DNA of 64,000 nt, taken from positions 51,026,001 through 51,090,000 of the forward strand of contig OX597816.1 in the NCBI GenBank assembly GCA_951406725.2, given 5' to 3'. Position numbers and translations under genes: made by a program. The stretch comes from Octopus vulgaris (Eukaryota). This document shows, one piece after another, positions 26,300 to 39,060 of the stretch; position 1 is the first letter of the stretch, and each line of letters starts with the position of its first letter. Under the pieces are notes generated by a model. The model was not told where the DNA came from and did not search any database. It worked only from the letters and a program-made list of their open reading frames with translations.

Positions 26300-26320
26300 C
26301 TATCTATCTATCTATCTATA

Positions 26321-26390
<70 letters not shown>
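26300..26390. repeat. (TCTA)n microsatellite
   Basis: Direct reading. Confidence 0.95.
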
Positions 26391-26649
26391 CTTTTCTGTC
26401 AGTCTATTTACCTATCTAATCACCAATATGTCAATCCATTTCCTAAGTTTGTGTCCCGAGGAATTTGTTCTTAATTTTGTGCATGTATACATGCAGGATA
26501 TCTTCGATTGTGTAACGACATCAGCAAAATATGCCCAATTAAAAGGAATAAATCCCGGATCTTCGAGTAATGGACTTCACCACAGATCTCTCCACTCAGT
26601 TTTGTTCTGCTGATAAATCAGACAGGATCAGATAAATGAGACTGGATCT

Positions 26650-27170
26650 TCCTCCATTCTTCCCCTCCAACGCGCCATTCTCCGAGCCTTCGGACGATTC
26701 CAGTCTGATCCCTCCACTTCACACAAATTCCTCAACCTACCCTTTCCTTCCTTCAAGCGAGCCCGCAACCTACGTGACATCCTGTTCCACAGATTTTTCT
26801 CTAACCTCACCTCACAACTTGTTTCGTTCCCCTGCTCCTGCCCACGCGGCCTTACTTGCTCCTTTCTCTCCAGCATCAGCATCCTCGTAGGCACCCACCA
26901 TCGTCCCTATCATATCACTCACTCCTTTACCTGCACTTCTAGCAACGTCATTTACTACATCTCCTGCTCTTTCTTTCCTTGTCTGTACATCGGCCAAACG
27001 GGATACCGCTTGGCTGACGGGTTAGCGAAGCACCTCTGAGACATTAGACACCTTGTAGCGCCATTTCCGATTTACGGGTATTCTTATTACAACACCTGTT
27101 TCTGTTCACATTCTCCTTGCACAGGGGTCATCCGGACTTCCACCGTCGCCGTGAAATGGTATTAAATATT
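26650..27170 (+). mobile_element. Penelope-like element remnant (Poseidon/Neptune type): linker, Cys motif and GIY-YIG endonuclease; 5'-truncated
   Basis: Frame +1: SFKRARNLRDILFH..FPCSCPRGLTCSFL..HSFTCTSSNVIYYISCSFFPCLYIGQTGYRLADGLAKHL*DI. Confidence 0.92.
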
Positions 27171-27599
27171 CTTTCTTCCCTCCTCTCCACTCTTTATCTG
27201 ACATCTACTTCCTCTCTTCACTTATACCGACCTTCTCCCTTCAATGATACCAACTCCATCGACGCACCACCCCCATACACCCCATCCGCACACATCCCAC
27301 CCCACATATCCCACTACCACACTACACTACACCACACCACATCACCCCCCCACACATACTAGCACTGACCACTTTTCAGCACCCACACCATCATAAAAAA
27401 CACCCACACATTACAGACGCAAACACTTATACGTGCACACATCCACACGTCAAAGTTACTAGCCCCTATCCACACACACACATTTACACACTCTCACATA
27501 CAAACATGCACGCGCACCTCTGTTTTGGGGATCAGCAATAGTTTATATTCCCTTTCCGTAGCTCTCCTGTTTAACTAGCACCAACTAGTCGCCATGATT

Positions 27600-27785
27600 A
27601 ACCGCTAACTCCCCAAAATTTTCTCTCTCTCTCTGTTTATTTCCTCATGTTCCTTTTTGTTGAAGAGCGTTGGCTCGAAATGTAAAATACTTTCTTACTT
27701 TCTCGAACGTCAAACTAATACAGTGTTGTTACTGATACATATGTCTTCGTCTTTAGTTTTTCTATGAATTCCAACTATCTCCAAG
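27600..27785 (+). mobile_element. PLE pseudo-LTR copy 1 with hammerhead-like motif at 27653-27688
   Basis: CTTT-TTGTTGA-AGAGC-GTTG-GCTC-GAAA-TG-TA-AAAT downstream of the GIY-YIG remnant; direct repeat of 28093-28270. Confidence 0.75.
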
Positions 27786-28060
27786 CTTTCCTATCATTAG
27801 TAACCTTTCTTGCCTCTCTCAGTTCAACACCTCTTACCACCAAAGCTTTCCTTATTCCAACTTGTCACTCAAACCGACATCTGCCTCTGGTTCTACTGCC
27901 TACCATTTCTGTCTTCATCACCACCTTACCCATCCACTCCTCGTCCACCTTCTCCATGTGGCCAAACGACCTTAATATTCGTCTATCCATTCTAGTACGT
28001 AGATTTTCTTTGATCCATGCCCGCTTTCGAACCTCCTCTCTCTTCATGCTGTCTGTAAGG
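27786..28060 (-). mobile_element. RTE-clade LINE 3' ORF fragment
   Basis: KREEVRKRAWIKENLRTRMDRRILRSFGHMEKVDEEWMGKVVMKTEMVGSRTRGRCRFE matches the RTE C-terminal LRWFGHV.RM..G.R.RGRP pattern. Confidence 0.8.
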
Positions 28061-28092
<32 letters not shown>

Positions 28093-28094
<2 letters not shown>

Positions 28095-28270
28095 TTAGCC
28101 CCTACACACATTTTTTCTCTCCTTGTTTTCTGTGTCCCTTTCTGTAGAAGAGCGTAGGCTCGAAACATAAAATACTTTTTTCTATTCCTGAGCGTTATAC
28201 TAATACATCTGTTTGTTTTGTACACCACCTGTCTTCGTCTTTTGTTGTTATTTTCGTAAACTCTCCCTAT
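28093..28270 (+). mobile_element. PLE pseudo-LTR copy 2 with hammerhead-like motif at 28138-28173, set in (TA)n
   Basis: CTTT-CTGTAGA-AGAGC-GTAG-GCTC-GAAA-CA-TA-AAAT. Confidence 0.8.
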
Positions 28271-30127
28271 ATATATATGTATATATATAATACGTTGTAT
28301 AATTTTCAATGGTAATTGCTTTTCATGTTGAGGTTGACTTATCCTCACTCAGTACTAGGGATGCTCAATAGCAATATCATGGCAATATCATTTGCTTGTC
28401 ACATATTTCAAGAAATGCAATATTTAATGCGATGCAGTCGTGTGATTTGATGTTAAGTTGATTACTAACACGAGCAAATTTTGGGATGATACACGCCCTC
28501 TTCAATTCTCTGAGGTGTATCTTGCTAAGCGTTGTTATTTCTCACATCTGTGCTATATATATAAAATTGCAATTGTAGTTCTTCAAAATCAAAAAGACAA
28601 TGATATTGAAATTTCATATCTGTAGCAATAAGCAGCCGAAAAGAAACCTTTTCCCCGTGAAAAGCAACGACCTTTAAAAATTTGCAGTTCTTATAGAAGT
28701 TTTTTTTCTTCTCTATTTATTATAATATAACAAACTTTTATTCATTTCAAAAATCGATGTCTGAATAACTGACAATGCCATGAGACTGAATTCTTGTTAT
28801 AGAATCACTAATTTGGCACTTTGCATATATTAGAGAAGAATCAGTAAGATCTTATGTCTAAATCCTCTCATTTACAACGCATATGTAAACACTTTATTAA
28901 CGAAAATATACATCGAATAATATTATCGCTATAATTCAAGGTAATATGAAAATTAGTTAGCAAATCACTTGGGTAAAAACATTGATAACAAAATATTTAA
29001 TTGATTCATATTACATATATCTATGTAAAAATTTAATTTGCTTTAATGAAATAGAATTCAACCTATGTTGTGAATTAGTTGAGTATATTGAAGTACAAGT
29101 AGATTTGAACTAACGCGAAACTGTAACAAATTAATACACTTATATTAATAGGCTATTATTAGAGATTACAAGATGTTTTTAGTAACATGTTGTAGCTAAA
29201 TATTGTATTTATAATAACAAAGAGACTATTCTGAATTACTTCACACAAAAAAGAAGAAAAAGTCGTTTATAAAAGGAACACACAAGATTGAATTCACTTG
29301 GGAATTAAGGAAATTAAGATCATATATTTCTGGTAATAATATATTTGTCTTAGAAACAGGGTCACGCGGGGCCTGAATAATCAATAACATATGGAAGATC
29401 TTTAACGCAGTTCACCTACAGCCTACTTCTATTGCACAAAACATGCGACATAACGACTGGTAATATCGATTTTATTGACTTGTCTAACATAAAGAAACCT
29501 ATTGACAGGTTAGAGTTATTGTCAATTAAATAAACACCAATATCCTATAGTAATAATTTATTCGACCAACAAAAAAGTGCAAGGCAAATGCGAATGTCGA
29601 ACGTATTTAAATACTGAAAAAATAATGACATGCACGTGAAAATATTACAGAAACACGTTTGTGTAAAATGTTTGCTATGTTTGAAATTTTATCGACATTC
29701 TTCTAAGTGATATCAGTCAGATTTCATGCGATAAAATTAAAAGAGCCATAAATTAAACATAATGAAATAAATACCAACCATGATTGAAGTTGAAATATTG
29801 TACTATTGAAAAACCTTCTGAAGATTTTATGATTATATGACGTGAACGAAATGCAGTTTTATTTATGACACTATTGAAAACTTCAAAGAAAATATGTTAA
29901 TACAAACATTTTGCTGATGATATCAAGAGTGATTTCTGTACACTCACTTCAATGTATGTCTAGTATTTATTTTGTCAACGTTGAAAGACAACTGTGTCAG
30001 CAATAGAATTCAAGCATAGTATATAGAACGGATCGAAATATCATTAGAATTTTAACTTCTGACATTCCTTATGCTTAATAATTCCAGTTTCGTCTGGTAT
30101 GGCACTGTGCTGTTATTGTTATTCTTA

Positions 30128-30330
30128 AAGCAGCAAAATGGTTGCACAGTTAGCAATCCGAGAAAAATGCCTACCGACGTTTCGCTCACGTTTACATATT
30201 GAGTATCAATTCCACCGAGGCTGGCTTTACCTTTCATCATTTTAGGATCGATGAAAAACGTGCCAGTCAGGTACTGCTCTGGATGTAATTAATTAGTCCC
30301 CGGCCCTTAACTAAAGTTCCAAACCATTAA
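30128..30330 (+). mobile_element. SINE family B, decayed
   Basis: GTTAGCA..AAATGCCTACCGACGTTTCG..ATTCCACCGAGGCTGGCTTTACCTTTCATC. Confidence 0.7.
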
Positions 30331-31059
30331 TATTTCGAGCTTCCAGAAGTTATGCAATGTTATTTGATTTTTTTTTCGAAATAAGTTACTTGTATAATTT
30401 TGCCTGACATTCCATTAAACGACAATCTCAGAGCCAATGTGTGAAAATGTCGAATTTAAGTGATGGCTTTAATGTAAACCTCCTCTCCAGTAACCGAAAA
30501 TGTAACACAATACCGTTCGATTTAATGTCTAGATTCATAAAGACACCTAAACACACACACGCGCGCACACACTAAGCTGTATAAAGAGGTTTAAGTGGAA
30601 ATGATTTATCTGAGTATGACACCGAATATCGGAGATCACACTAAACTGAATTTAAATATCACCACTTTGCTTTCCATTTCTAGGTTCCATAATTGACAAG
30701 AAAAACACATTAGAGAAATACAAGGACGATAACCACGACATCAACAACGCCAAGAACAAAAAACTGTACAGAAAAAAAATAGAGAACAAAAACTGTGCTA
30801 GCAACAGCAAGAAGAGCAAAAGACATAAGTAGCACCAAAAAGATAGGCTGTGGCAAAACCAGTGACATGTCAAATAATGTAGGTCGCATACACGGGAACA
30901 TTAACACAATGGCAACAGACAAAGGAAACAGAAGCATAAACATCCACCCACAATGTAGAAATGACCAAAGCGACAACGACAACAGTAAAAAAAGAAGAGG
31001 AACAGCAAATGAAAGAGGACAACGGCGAAGAAATTATATCGGAAGAATGTTGTAGGAAG

Positions 31060-31557
31060 CATGACGATAACAAGAATGCTTCCTGTTTGGGAGTAACCGC
31101 CAAGGGAGGAAGAACTGCGAAGGGTTAACTGGAGTAGATATAGATGCCTATGTAGGTAATGGTGAAGAAAGTTTATTAAATGTTGCTAGAATCAGAACAG
31201 GACTTAGGGGAACCAAAACCCACAGCGAAGTTAAAAATCAGAAGCAGGAACCGAAATCATCTGACATTAATAAGAACTATAGAAAAGATAGCAAATTAGG
31301 ACCTAGCTTTGAATTACAGAGACTATGGAGCAAATATTCTGCTCAATACCACATATTTGTTTGTGCATTGGGATCTATCCCTAAAGGTATGAACAGATGG
31401 ATAGAGGCAATAGGCATAAAAGCCAGTCTAGCACAATTCTAGAAAACAGTGTTATTAGGAACAGGTAGGAAACTTAGTAGGCATCTAAGACTACATATTG
31501 TAAGCCCGATGTTAGAATTTTCTCTTTTCCAACAGTCTATAGAGTGAATAATAATAA
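31060..31557 (+). mobile_element. R4/Dong-clade LINE 3' fragment (internally deleted) ending in (TAA)n
   Basis: ELQRLW..CALGSIPKGMNRWIEAIGIKASLAQF*KTVLLGTGRKLSRHL, then AGAGTG(AAT)n. Confidence 0.8.
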
Positions 31558-31966
31558 TTTGTTTGTCAGTTGTTTGACCATAACCAGTTGAGCATGTCCC
31601 TTAGTGGCTGACGATACGTGCATCTCTGATCACGAGCAGAAGTAGTGGGGGAGCATCATAAACATGTGTTGAGAGGGATTCTTTGGGGTTTTAATAAGGT
31701 CTTAGCACCTGCAGAGTATAAATAATGTTCACAATGTGTGGGAAATATGTCGGAACCGTAACTCACAAGAAGGACCTGAGACAGATAGCACTTTCCGCGG
31801 CAAACATGCAGTTCTAAGTTTGACAAGTTTTGCAATAAACGCGCACATATGGTTGTGATGCATATGCCTAGTGTACCCTTATCAGACGGGTAGTCATGAT
31901 GGGTATACTGGGCTTCGTATATTTTATCCCAGTGTCACTTTGATGGCATGCACTGCTCTCTCACTC
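31558..31966. mobile_element. Repeat family D copy whose middle is replaced by a 146-bp insert (31693-31838)
   Basis: Flanks match the reverse complement of 24060-24490; the insert matches 32294-32439. Confidence 0.8.
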
Positions 31967-32172
<206 letters not shown>

Positions 32173-32173
32173 A

Positions 32174-32327
32174 ACTCAAGATCAGATTTTATTGACCCGG
32201 AACGATCATGCCAATGTGACGAAATATGGTGTAGACCCACAGTACCGATACTGCAGTGATGGGATTGAAACAGTGATCCACCTAATCTCTTGGAATAAGG
32301 TCTTAGCACCTGCAGAGTATAAATAAT
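32174..32327 (+). mobile_element. R4/Dong-clade LINE fragment (zinc-knuckle region)
   Basis: TQDQILLTRNDHANVTKYGVDPQYRYCSDGIETVIHLISWNKVLAPAEYK matches QDQ.L.TRNY..CR.C...ETV.HL.S.C..LA..EY. Confidence 0.8.
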
Positions 32328-33560
32328 GTTCACAATGTGTGGGAAATATGTCGGAACCGTAATTCACAAGAAGGACCTGAGACAGATAGCACTTTCCGCG
32401 GCAAACATGCAGTTCTAAGTTTGACAAGTTTTGCAATAACCAGAACTGCAGGATAATTTGTGAGCCCAATGATCCGATGACCTCAGGGGCAACTTTGTTT
32501 TTATCCCGCAGCTTCTACCTCTTGGTGAAATCAACTCTTAGGTCTCCATATTTGTCGACCTTTTCTTTTTCTTTCATGACAACATGTTGATCTCTACGCA
32601 CTATCGCGTCAATCATTGGGCACTCGTGCTCGTCCTTCATAAAAGTTACTATATCCAGCCACTCTGAACTCTAATATCTTCTTTGTCTGAGAAGTCAATA
32701 TCTCAGTGGATGTTTCCCTTCCTCATTTCGTCTATTACATGTTTGGTGTATCCTTGTACCAAACGCCCGTTTCCTCATATCCATAATCACGGAGTATCCA
32801 ATGAAGGTTTATGGTTACCTAGTAGTGTCTGCGTAGAGACACATGACCTAGTGGGTAGAGCAGCGGACTCGCGCTCGAGGGATCGCGGGGTTCAAATCTC
32901 AGACCGGGCGATGTGTGTGTTTATGAGCGAAACACCTAAGCTCCACGCGGCTCCGGTAGAAGGTGATGGCGAACTTCTGCTGACTCTTTCGTCACAAGTT
33001 TCTCTCACTCTTTCCTCCTGCATCTAGCAGCTCACCTGCAACGGGCCGGCGTCCCGTCCAGGTGGGGAACCTATACGACAAGGAAACCGGAAAACCAGCC
33101 CCTATGTGCCAGGCATGGCTGGGGAAGGAACAAACAACGCAACAACAGTAGTGTCTGCGCTTGTACACTTTCTATGCAAGACTTTCACAAGCGCTAACGA
33201 CGTGAGTTACGCTTTCAACCTACTTCCCACACGTTCTGCAAATGATCGTTTCAGTTGTCTGGTATATATACCTTTCCGCTGAGTTTTTATTTAATGCATG
33301 GTATTGCACAGCGATGATGAGGCTGTCAGTCCTCTTTTTAAAGTCACCTTTTCTAAGCCACATCCATGATGCTTCCTGCTATTTTGAGGTGTTAGTTCAC
33401 TGAGTAATTTCATGAGATGTAATATTTCTATCTGACAATTCGTGATCTCAATTTTTTAGAACTCTCAAATCCATTTTAGTACATTATCCTGTACTAGAAG
33501 TATGCCGTAACAGGTCTTCTTCGATCTTTTTCAAATACTCTGTAAAGTTTCTTCTTTCAA
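32328..33560 (-). mobile_element. R4/Dong-clade LINE 3' fragment (CCHC knuckle plus restriction-like endonuclease), interrupted by a SINE
   Basis: SWMWLRKGDFKKRTDSLIIAVQ..CRTCGK*VESVTHVVSACESLA*KVYKRRH..LHWIL..WYKDTP..MKEKEKVDKYGDLR..VIGSLG..RKVLS. Confidence 0.88.
32834..33146 (+). mobile_element. tRNA-derived SINE (3' part related to family C) with 13-bp TSD and (AAC) tail
   Basis: Head ATGACCTAGTGGGTAGAGCAGCGGACTCGCG..GGTTCAAATC; GGCGTCCCGTCCAG shared with 15735-15982; TSD AGTAGTGTCTGCG at 32821-32833 and 33147-33159. Confidence 0.92.
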
Positions 33561-33969
33561 AAGAAGCGGGAAACGTTTGAAAAATGAAGCGATGACCTTT
33601 TCTTTAGTTTCGCTGTGTAAGATATTTTTCCTGCTCCATAATCCCAACGTAATTTTACCCACTATCGTCCGGGTCCCCTATTCTCTATTCGGTTGGCAAT
33701 TATATTACTCTTGTTATTGTTATTGTTGTTGTTGTTGCTGCTGTTGTTGCTGTGTTACTACTGTTGTTGATGTTTTCGTTGTTGTTACTTCATATAAACA
33801 GGAGATCACTAGCAGCTTCCCATTGTGTCTAACAAGCATTACTCTATTAAATATATCCGACTGGGTTGTCATCCGTTCTTTCCTGGTTCATGAATACATA
33901 CGGAACGCTAACTGTATATGTAGACATGCTTTATTATGAGATACCTATCACTGCCATTAACATTGCCGG

Positions 33970-34093
33970 CAGCAGCGGAAGCAGCAATAGTAGCTGCAGC
34001 ATCGGCAGCATCAGCAGCATCAGCAGCAGCAGCAGTAGTAGTAGTACTAGCAGTAGCAGCTGCAGCAGCAGCAGTAGTAGTAGTACTAGCAGT

Positions 34094-34124
<31 letters not shown>

Positions 34125-34162
34125 CTAGCAGTAGCAGCAGCAGTAGTAGTAGTACTAGCAGT

Positions 34163-34254
<92 letters not shown>

Positions 34255-34295
34255 CAGCAGCAGTAGCAGCAGTAGCAGCAGTAGCAGCAGCAGTG

Positions 34296-34360
<65 letters not shown>

Positions 34361-34361
34361 T
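33970..34361. repeat. Compound (AGC)n/(AGT)n repeat with a higher-order unit
   Basis: Unit (GCA)n-GTAGTAGTAGTACTAGCAGTA occurs 4 times, then long (AGT)n. Confidence 0.95.
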
Positions 34362-35899
34362 GGTGAGGTTCCTAAGAATTTAAGCGAAAATGATATTGAA
34401 AAGAAATAAAATAGTAGAGACAATGAGGTAATTGATGACTCGATACTATTAATTAAGTAATTAAAGCAATAAGGAGGAGACGAACTGTCTTAAATTTCGG
34501 CAGAATGCAAAAACAATTACATGGACATTCAAAGACAGCTATTAATCGGGAACTAAATAGATTGAGTTGTGGGTGTACTTTTGTAGGAAAGAAAATAAAC
34601 CCATTCATTGATGCTAGTGAACGCTAGACTAATTTTATAATTTTACTGAATGTAAAATTGCTTTCATAAATCTTTATTTATACAGACATTTGAGAAATTG
34701 ATTATACCGAAAGCTATTTCACCTCACATTCAACAACCATTAATTCATCTTACGTCTAAGTGGATAACAAATGAGTCTTAGATTTCAAAACTGCGATTGA
34801 AATGCTGTTGATTCTGAAGATTTGTTCTTATTCTTCTTACCTTAAATTAGTTACTTTTACAGATAGAGGTTGGCTGTATGCCATTTCGTCACATCTGAAA
34901 CTAGAATAAGTGGGGTCAGTATGATACTATTATATACCTTATAGAACGATATGTCAGTTTGAGTCTTTGGTTTCATTTGGTTGCATGTAGTCTACGTCGT
35001 CTTAAGCTATAACTCTCGAATTATCCAACGCTGTAGCCATAAACATTCCGCATTCTCAGTCTTTATAGTGTTTATCATTCGTAGTGGAATGCATTTGCAT
35101 AATGGCTGACAGCTATGCTTCATTAATTTCAGTTGTTATGAGCTGTTATACATCAATAATCGTTTACAACTGCTAATTACATCCGGATACCAAATCCACT
35201 AGAAAGGATGAAGGAAAACTATTTTATTAACCTGGTATTAAGCTATCTGCTGGATTGAGTTCTCTGACAAAGAGGTTGTGAATTTTCCACGTTTGTGAAT
35301 GCGTGTACTAACGAAATACATCAATGTAGCAAATCCAAGAAAGTAAGAGAGGCCGTGGTTTGATGCGTTTTATACACATTACTAGTTATGGTTAATTGTT
35401 TGTGCACAGCTTCAAAACCAAAAGACCCATACTGAATATATTGGTGTTGAATTAAAGATATCTGCTATGGCTGTGGCTCTAAGAATCCCTCGAAAAATAA
35501 TGATAAAGATAGTCAAATTACTTCGGGAATGTTTGTTTCTCGCCGGTTGAAGGAAAAAGTTGTGCAATGAAAGAATTACAGAGGGTTCCTATTTTGAGAG
35601 CAAGTACTGCACAGGTAGACAATCAATATGGTATAACGTGGGGCAATTTATAACTGATGACAGAAAAATCGTGGGTTTCATGTCTCAGCGGTTCAGTCAA
35701 TTGAGTTATTTGCAAAATATACCCCTGTCTGGTCGGAAGAAAAGTTAGAGAAGATCAGATGTTAGAGTGCATGGATAAATTATTTCACAGCTATCAGATC
35801 GATAGTTTTATTTTCAAATATTCAAATGCCTTCCCGTGTTGAATATAAATACACATTTCATTATGCAACCCTTGAGGGTACAAACGCGAATTTTAGATT

Positions 35900-37505
35900 G
35901 ATAGTGGGTTTTATTTCTTAAAATATATTTTGTCGAAGTTTGCTGTGGCTCAAGTACGATGCAATCGGCTGCTTTGAGGAAGCGTGACCACCAAGAAATA
36001 TCCTCATAGATACTAAGTGTAGCATTTGTGTAAGGACATATAATTATTAGAAGATTTAACATATAGTTAGTGAAGAAAATCTGTTGACTGTAACGTCAAA
36101 ATCTGTAGTTGGTACTGTGCAAAACTTTGTAACGAGTGCTCAAATCTAATTGCCACCCGTACGAAAAGTCTCTAAGCATATGCACGTGTGTGTGAGGATA
36201 TATGTAGTCGTAACTCTGCGGTTATAGGCGCAGAATTATGATCTGCAATGAAATGATTGAAGAAACTACCAGAATACAGGCATCTCACCGGGAGATGTTA
36301 AACCATGTAAAGTGAGTTACACTAAAATATATATATGGGAATAGGTGACTTGGAACTTTCATAAACCATAACTGAAAATAATGTATACTAGGAGGTTTCA
36401 ATTTAACTGGAACGCAATATACTAAAACATCTTCCTGTGGACAGGTAAACGTTTATATTACATTTTAGGTTGATAATACTTTGGTCTAAAACGATGTTCC
36501 TGAATTTAGTTTCATTATGCCAGGTTTCAGTTATGTATTTGACAAATTAATAATTCGAAATAGACTGAATTCTCTGCATGAAAGGGAAATTAATACATTT
36601 TACGCTTTCATATACAGAAAATACCAGATTCGGTCAGAAAATTGAGTATCTAGATTCCGATGTATATAGATAAAGGAGTTTGTTTAACTGAAATAATACA
36701 ATAGATATGTATAAAAATAACCAGCAACTGATAATCATAGGAGAATATACTTAAAAAAACATTAAAAAATGCATCCGAACTAAGGACAGATAATTGGTGA
36801 TGGTAATCAACTTGAAAACATGTAATATAACTAGTTTTAATACTATCAAGATATGATTTATATCTACATTGGATAATGTGTCGGCATTATAAAATCAAAT
36901 CTGCTGACAATTGGTGCAAGCACTACCATGTGTTTGTAACTGTGGGAGAAGATATAACGATTATTTGGGACTTTCCAGTATGTACACACCGGACAATTAA
37001 AACAAATAAACCAAATATTGTTGTGAAAGACCAAAACAATAAAGTCTGATTATTGATGAGCATACCCAGTGACGATAATATCTCAACAAAACAAGTTGAT
37101 GGGTTCAGAAAATATATAGATTTGCTAATCGAAATAGAAAGATGTGGCATCTCAAGACCAATGATTGTAGGAAAACTTGGAAGGATCAAAAAGGGAACAT
37201 AAAAATTATTTAAGAATGATCCCTGGCTCAGCATCCATGCAGAAGGTGCAAACGATTGTCTTAACTGGAAAGTCACACGTACTGAGAAGAGCATTGTTGC
37301 TGTGAATTTTCTTCATATTTCCCTTTTATTCTCTTTGTTAACCTTTGTCATTTTTCAACTTCTCTTTTTCTCTCTATCTTTCTTCCCCCTTTTGTTTATC
37401 ACATGACTTTGTAAATTAACAATCTGATGTCTTTATTTTAATGGCCTGCCAAATATATACAGTGCGTCTCTCTACCTTAGGTTTCAGGAAGACACTCGGC
37501 AAGTG
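35900..37505 (+). mobile_element. R4/Dong-clade LINE remnant; RLE domain clear at about 36885-37305, RT region upstream very decayed
   Basis: HYKIKSADNWCKH..ITIIWDFPVCTHRTIKTNKPNIVVKD..MSIPSDDNISTK..KYIDLLIEIER..IVGKLG..VQTIVLTGKSHVLRRAL; upstream boundary is weak. Confidence 0.8.
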
Positions 37506-37514
37506 TTCCACTGA

Positions 37515-37637
37515 TATTTAATTTATCGACCTCGAAAAGATGAAAGGTAAAGTCAACCTCGGCGGAATTTGAACTCAGAACCTAGCGGCAGACTAAAAGC
37601 TGCGAAGCATTTCGCCCGGCTTCCTAAAGATCCTGCA
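37515..37637 (-). mobile_element. SINE family B, partial
   Basis: TTTATCGACCTCGAAAAGATGAAAGGTAAAGTCAACCTCGGCGGAATTTGAACTCAGAAC..GCATTTCGCCCGGC. Confidence 0.85.
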
Positions 37638-38719
37638 GAAGAAGAAGAAGAAGAGCATGGCATTCAGCAAGACTACAAGTGTTGTACAGTGTCTTACGAT
37701 AATCTGATAGCAAGGAATGAAGGCCCTATAGAGAATATTGTTATATATAACATGATACTTTTCACAAAACAAAGCTACGTGCCTTGTTTGACCATTGAAT
37801 TACACTATTAAAAGCTAACTCAAATCTATGACTTAAGAGGCAATCAAGAATCTTGTGGTTGATTAGACTATATTTTTACTAAACGTTACTTGTTCTAAAA
37901 ACATAAAACTGTTCTAAAAACATAAAACTGATAAAAAAAGTCTTCCAATGACCTTAAGACATATTATATTTGCACGTAATTGCAATCTTCAATTAATATA
38001 ACTACTTCCAAGTCGGAAAAACAATATTGCTGTAGCAGCTGTTATTTATACACGCTTATAGGTGTATTAAAATCAATTGCTTTCAAGGCGAATCACACAA
38101 TCCAAGAATAATACGTTTCTCGCAAGCGAAATTTCTTGACACAAAACCTTTTATTCTGAAAACATCCGAAGATAGAGACACTGCGTTTTATATCAATAGC
38201 AGGTACCAATACTAGGAACGATACAGTTTAGGAATAAAAAAAAATTATTTCATGCATACGTCTGAAAGAAATTCGATATGCTGTTATATTAATATCCTTC
38301 AGGAAGTTGAGAGCGCATATCTTATTTCTAATTTGGTACACTCGCTAGAAATCTGCTGCTAATAAAAACAGGTTAACGTATATAGAAATGTTTCTATTTT
38401 ATTCAAACAACTTGATGCCCTTACTGATAAAATTTCAATTATCTAAATAACTCTTTTTCACTCACACTGAACATATTTGCATTTTTCAGGCATTGCATAT
38501 ATACATACATAGGTTCATACTTACATGCATACATACATTCGTGCAGGTATATTTCTATTTATGAATGCACACACACACACACATATATGTACACACTCAT
38601 GTACATTTATAGAATATACGTACGTGGACACACAAAGGTATAAAGTTATATACATCTCTCTTTGTCTCTCTTTCTCTGTCTCTCTCTCTCTGTATATATA
38701 TATAGATATATATATGTAT

Positions 38720-38754
<35 letters not shown>

Positions 38755-38864
38755 TAGAGATACATATATAAATGTGCGTGTGTATGTTTGTGTGATAAAC
38801 ATAGTTATACAATTTTCTCGTATTTATTGACGACAGAAATTAGTCTAACATTGATTTCAAATTG

Positions 38865-39052
38865 TAACATGACATCAACAATTTTGGAGGAGTGGGAAGT
38901 TCATTACAGTGACGCTGGTACTTATTTATCGACCCCGATAGGGTAAAATGCAAAGTTGACCTCTGCGGCTATTGAACTCAGAACGTAAACAGACGAAATT
39001 CCACTAAGCATTTTGTCCCCTGTGCAAACGATTCTACCAACTCGCCTCCTTT
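38865..39052 (-). mobile_element. SINE family B
   Basis: CTGGTACTTATTTATCGACCCC..TTGAACTCAGAACGTAAAC..CTAAGCATTTTG..CTCGCCTCC. Confidence 0.85.
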
Positions 39053-39060
39053 AAGTATGA

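Noticed and set aside
37890-37930. 19-bp tandem duplications (also near 43898-43940)
   Set aside because: Ordinary slippage duplications with two units only; not an array.
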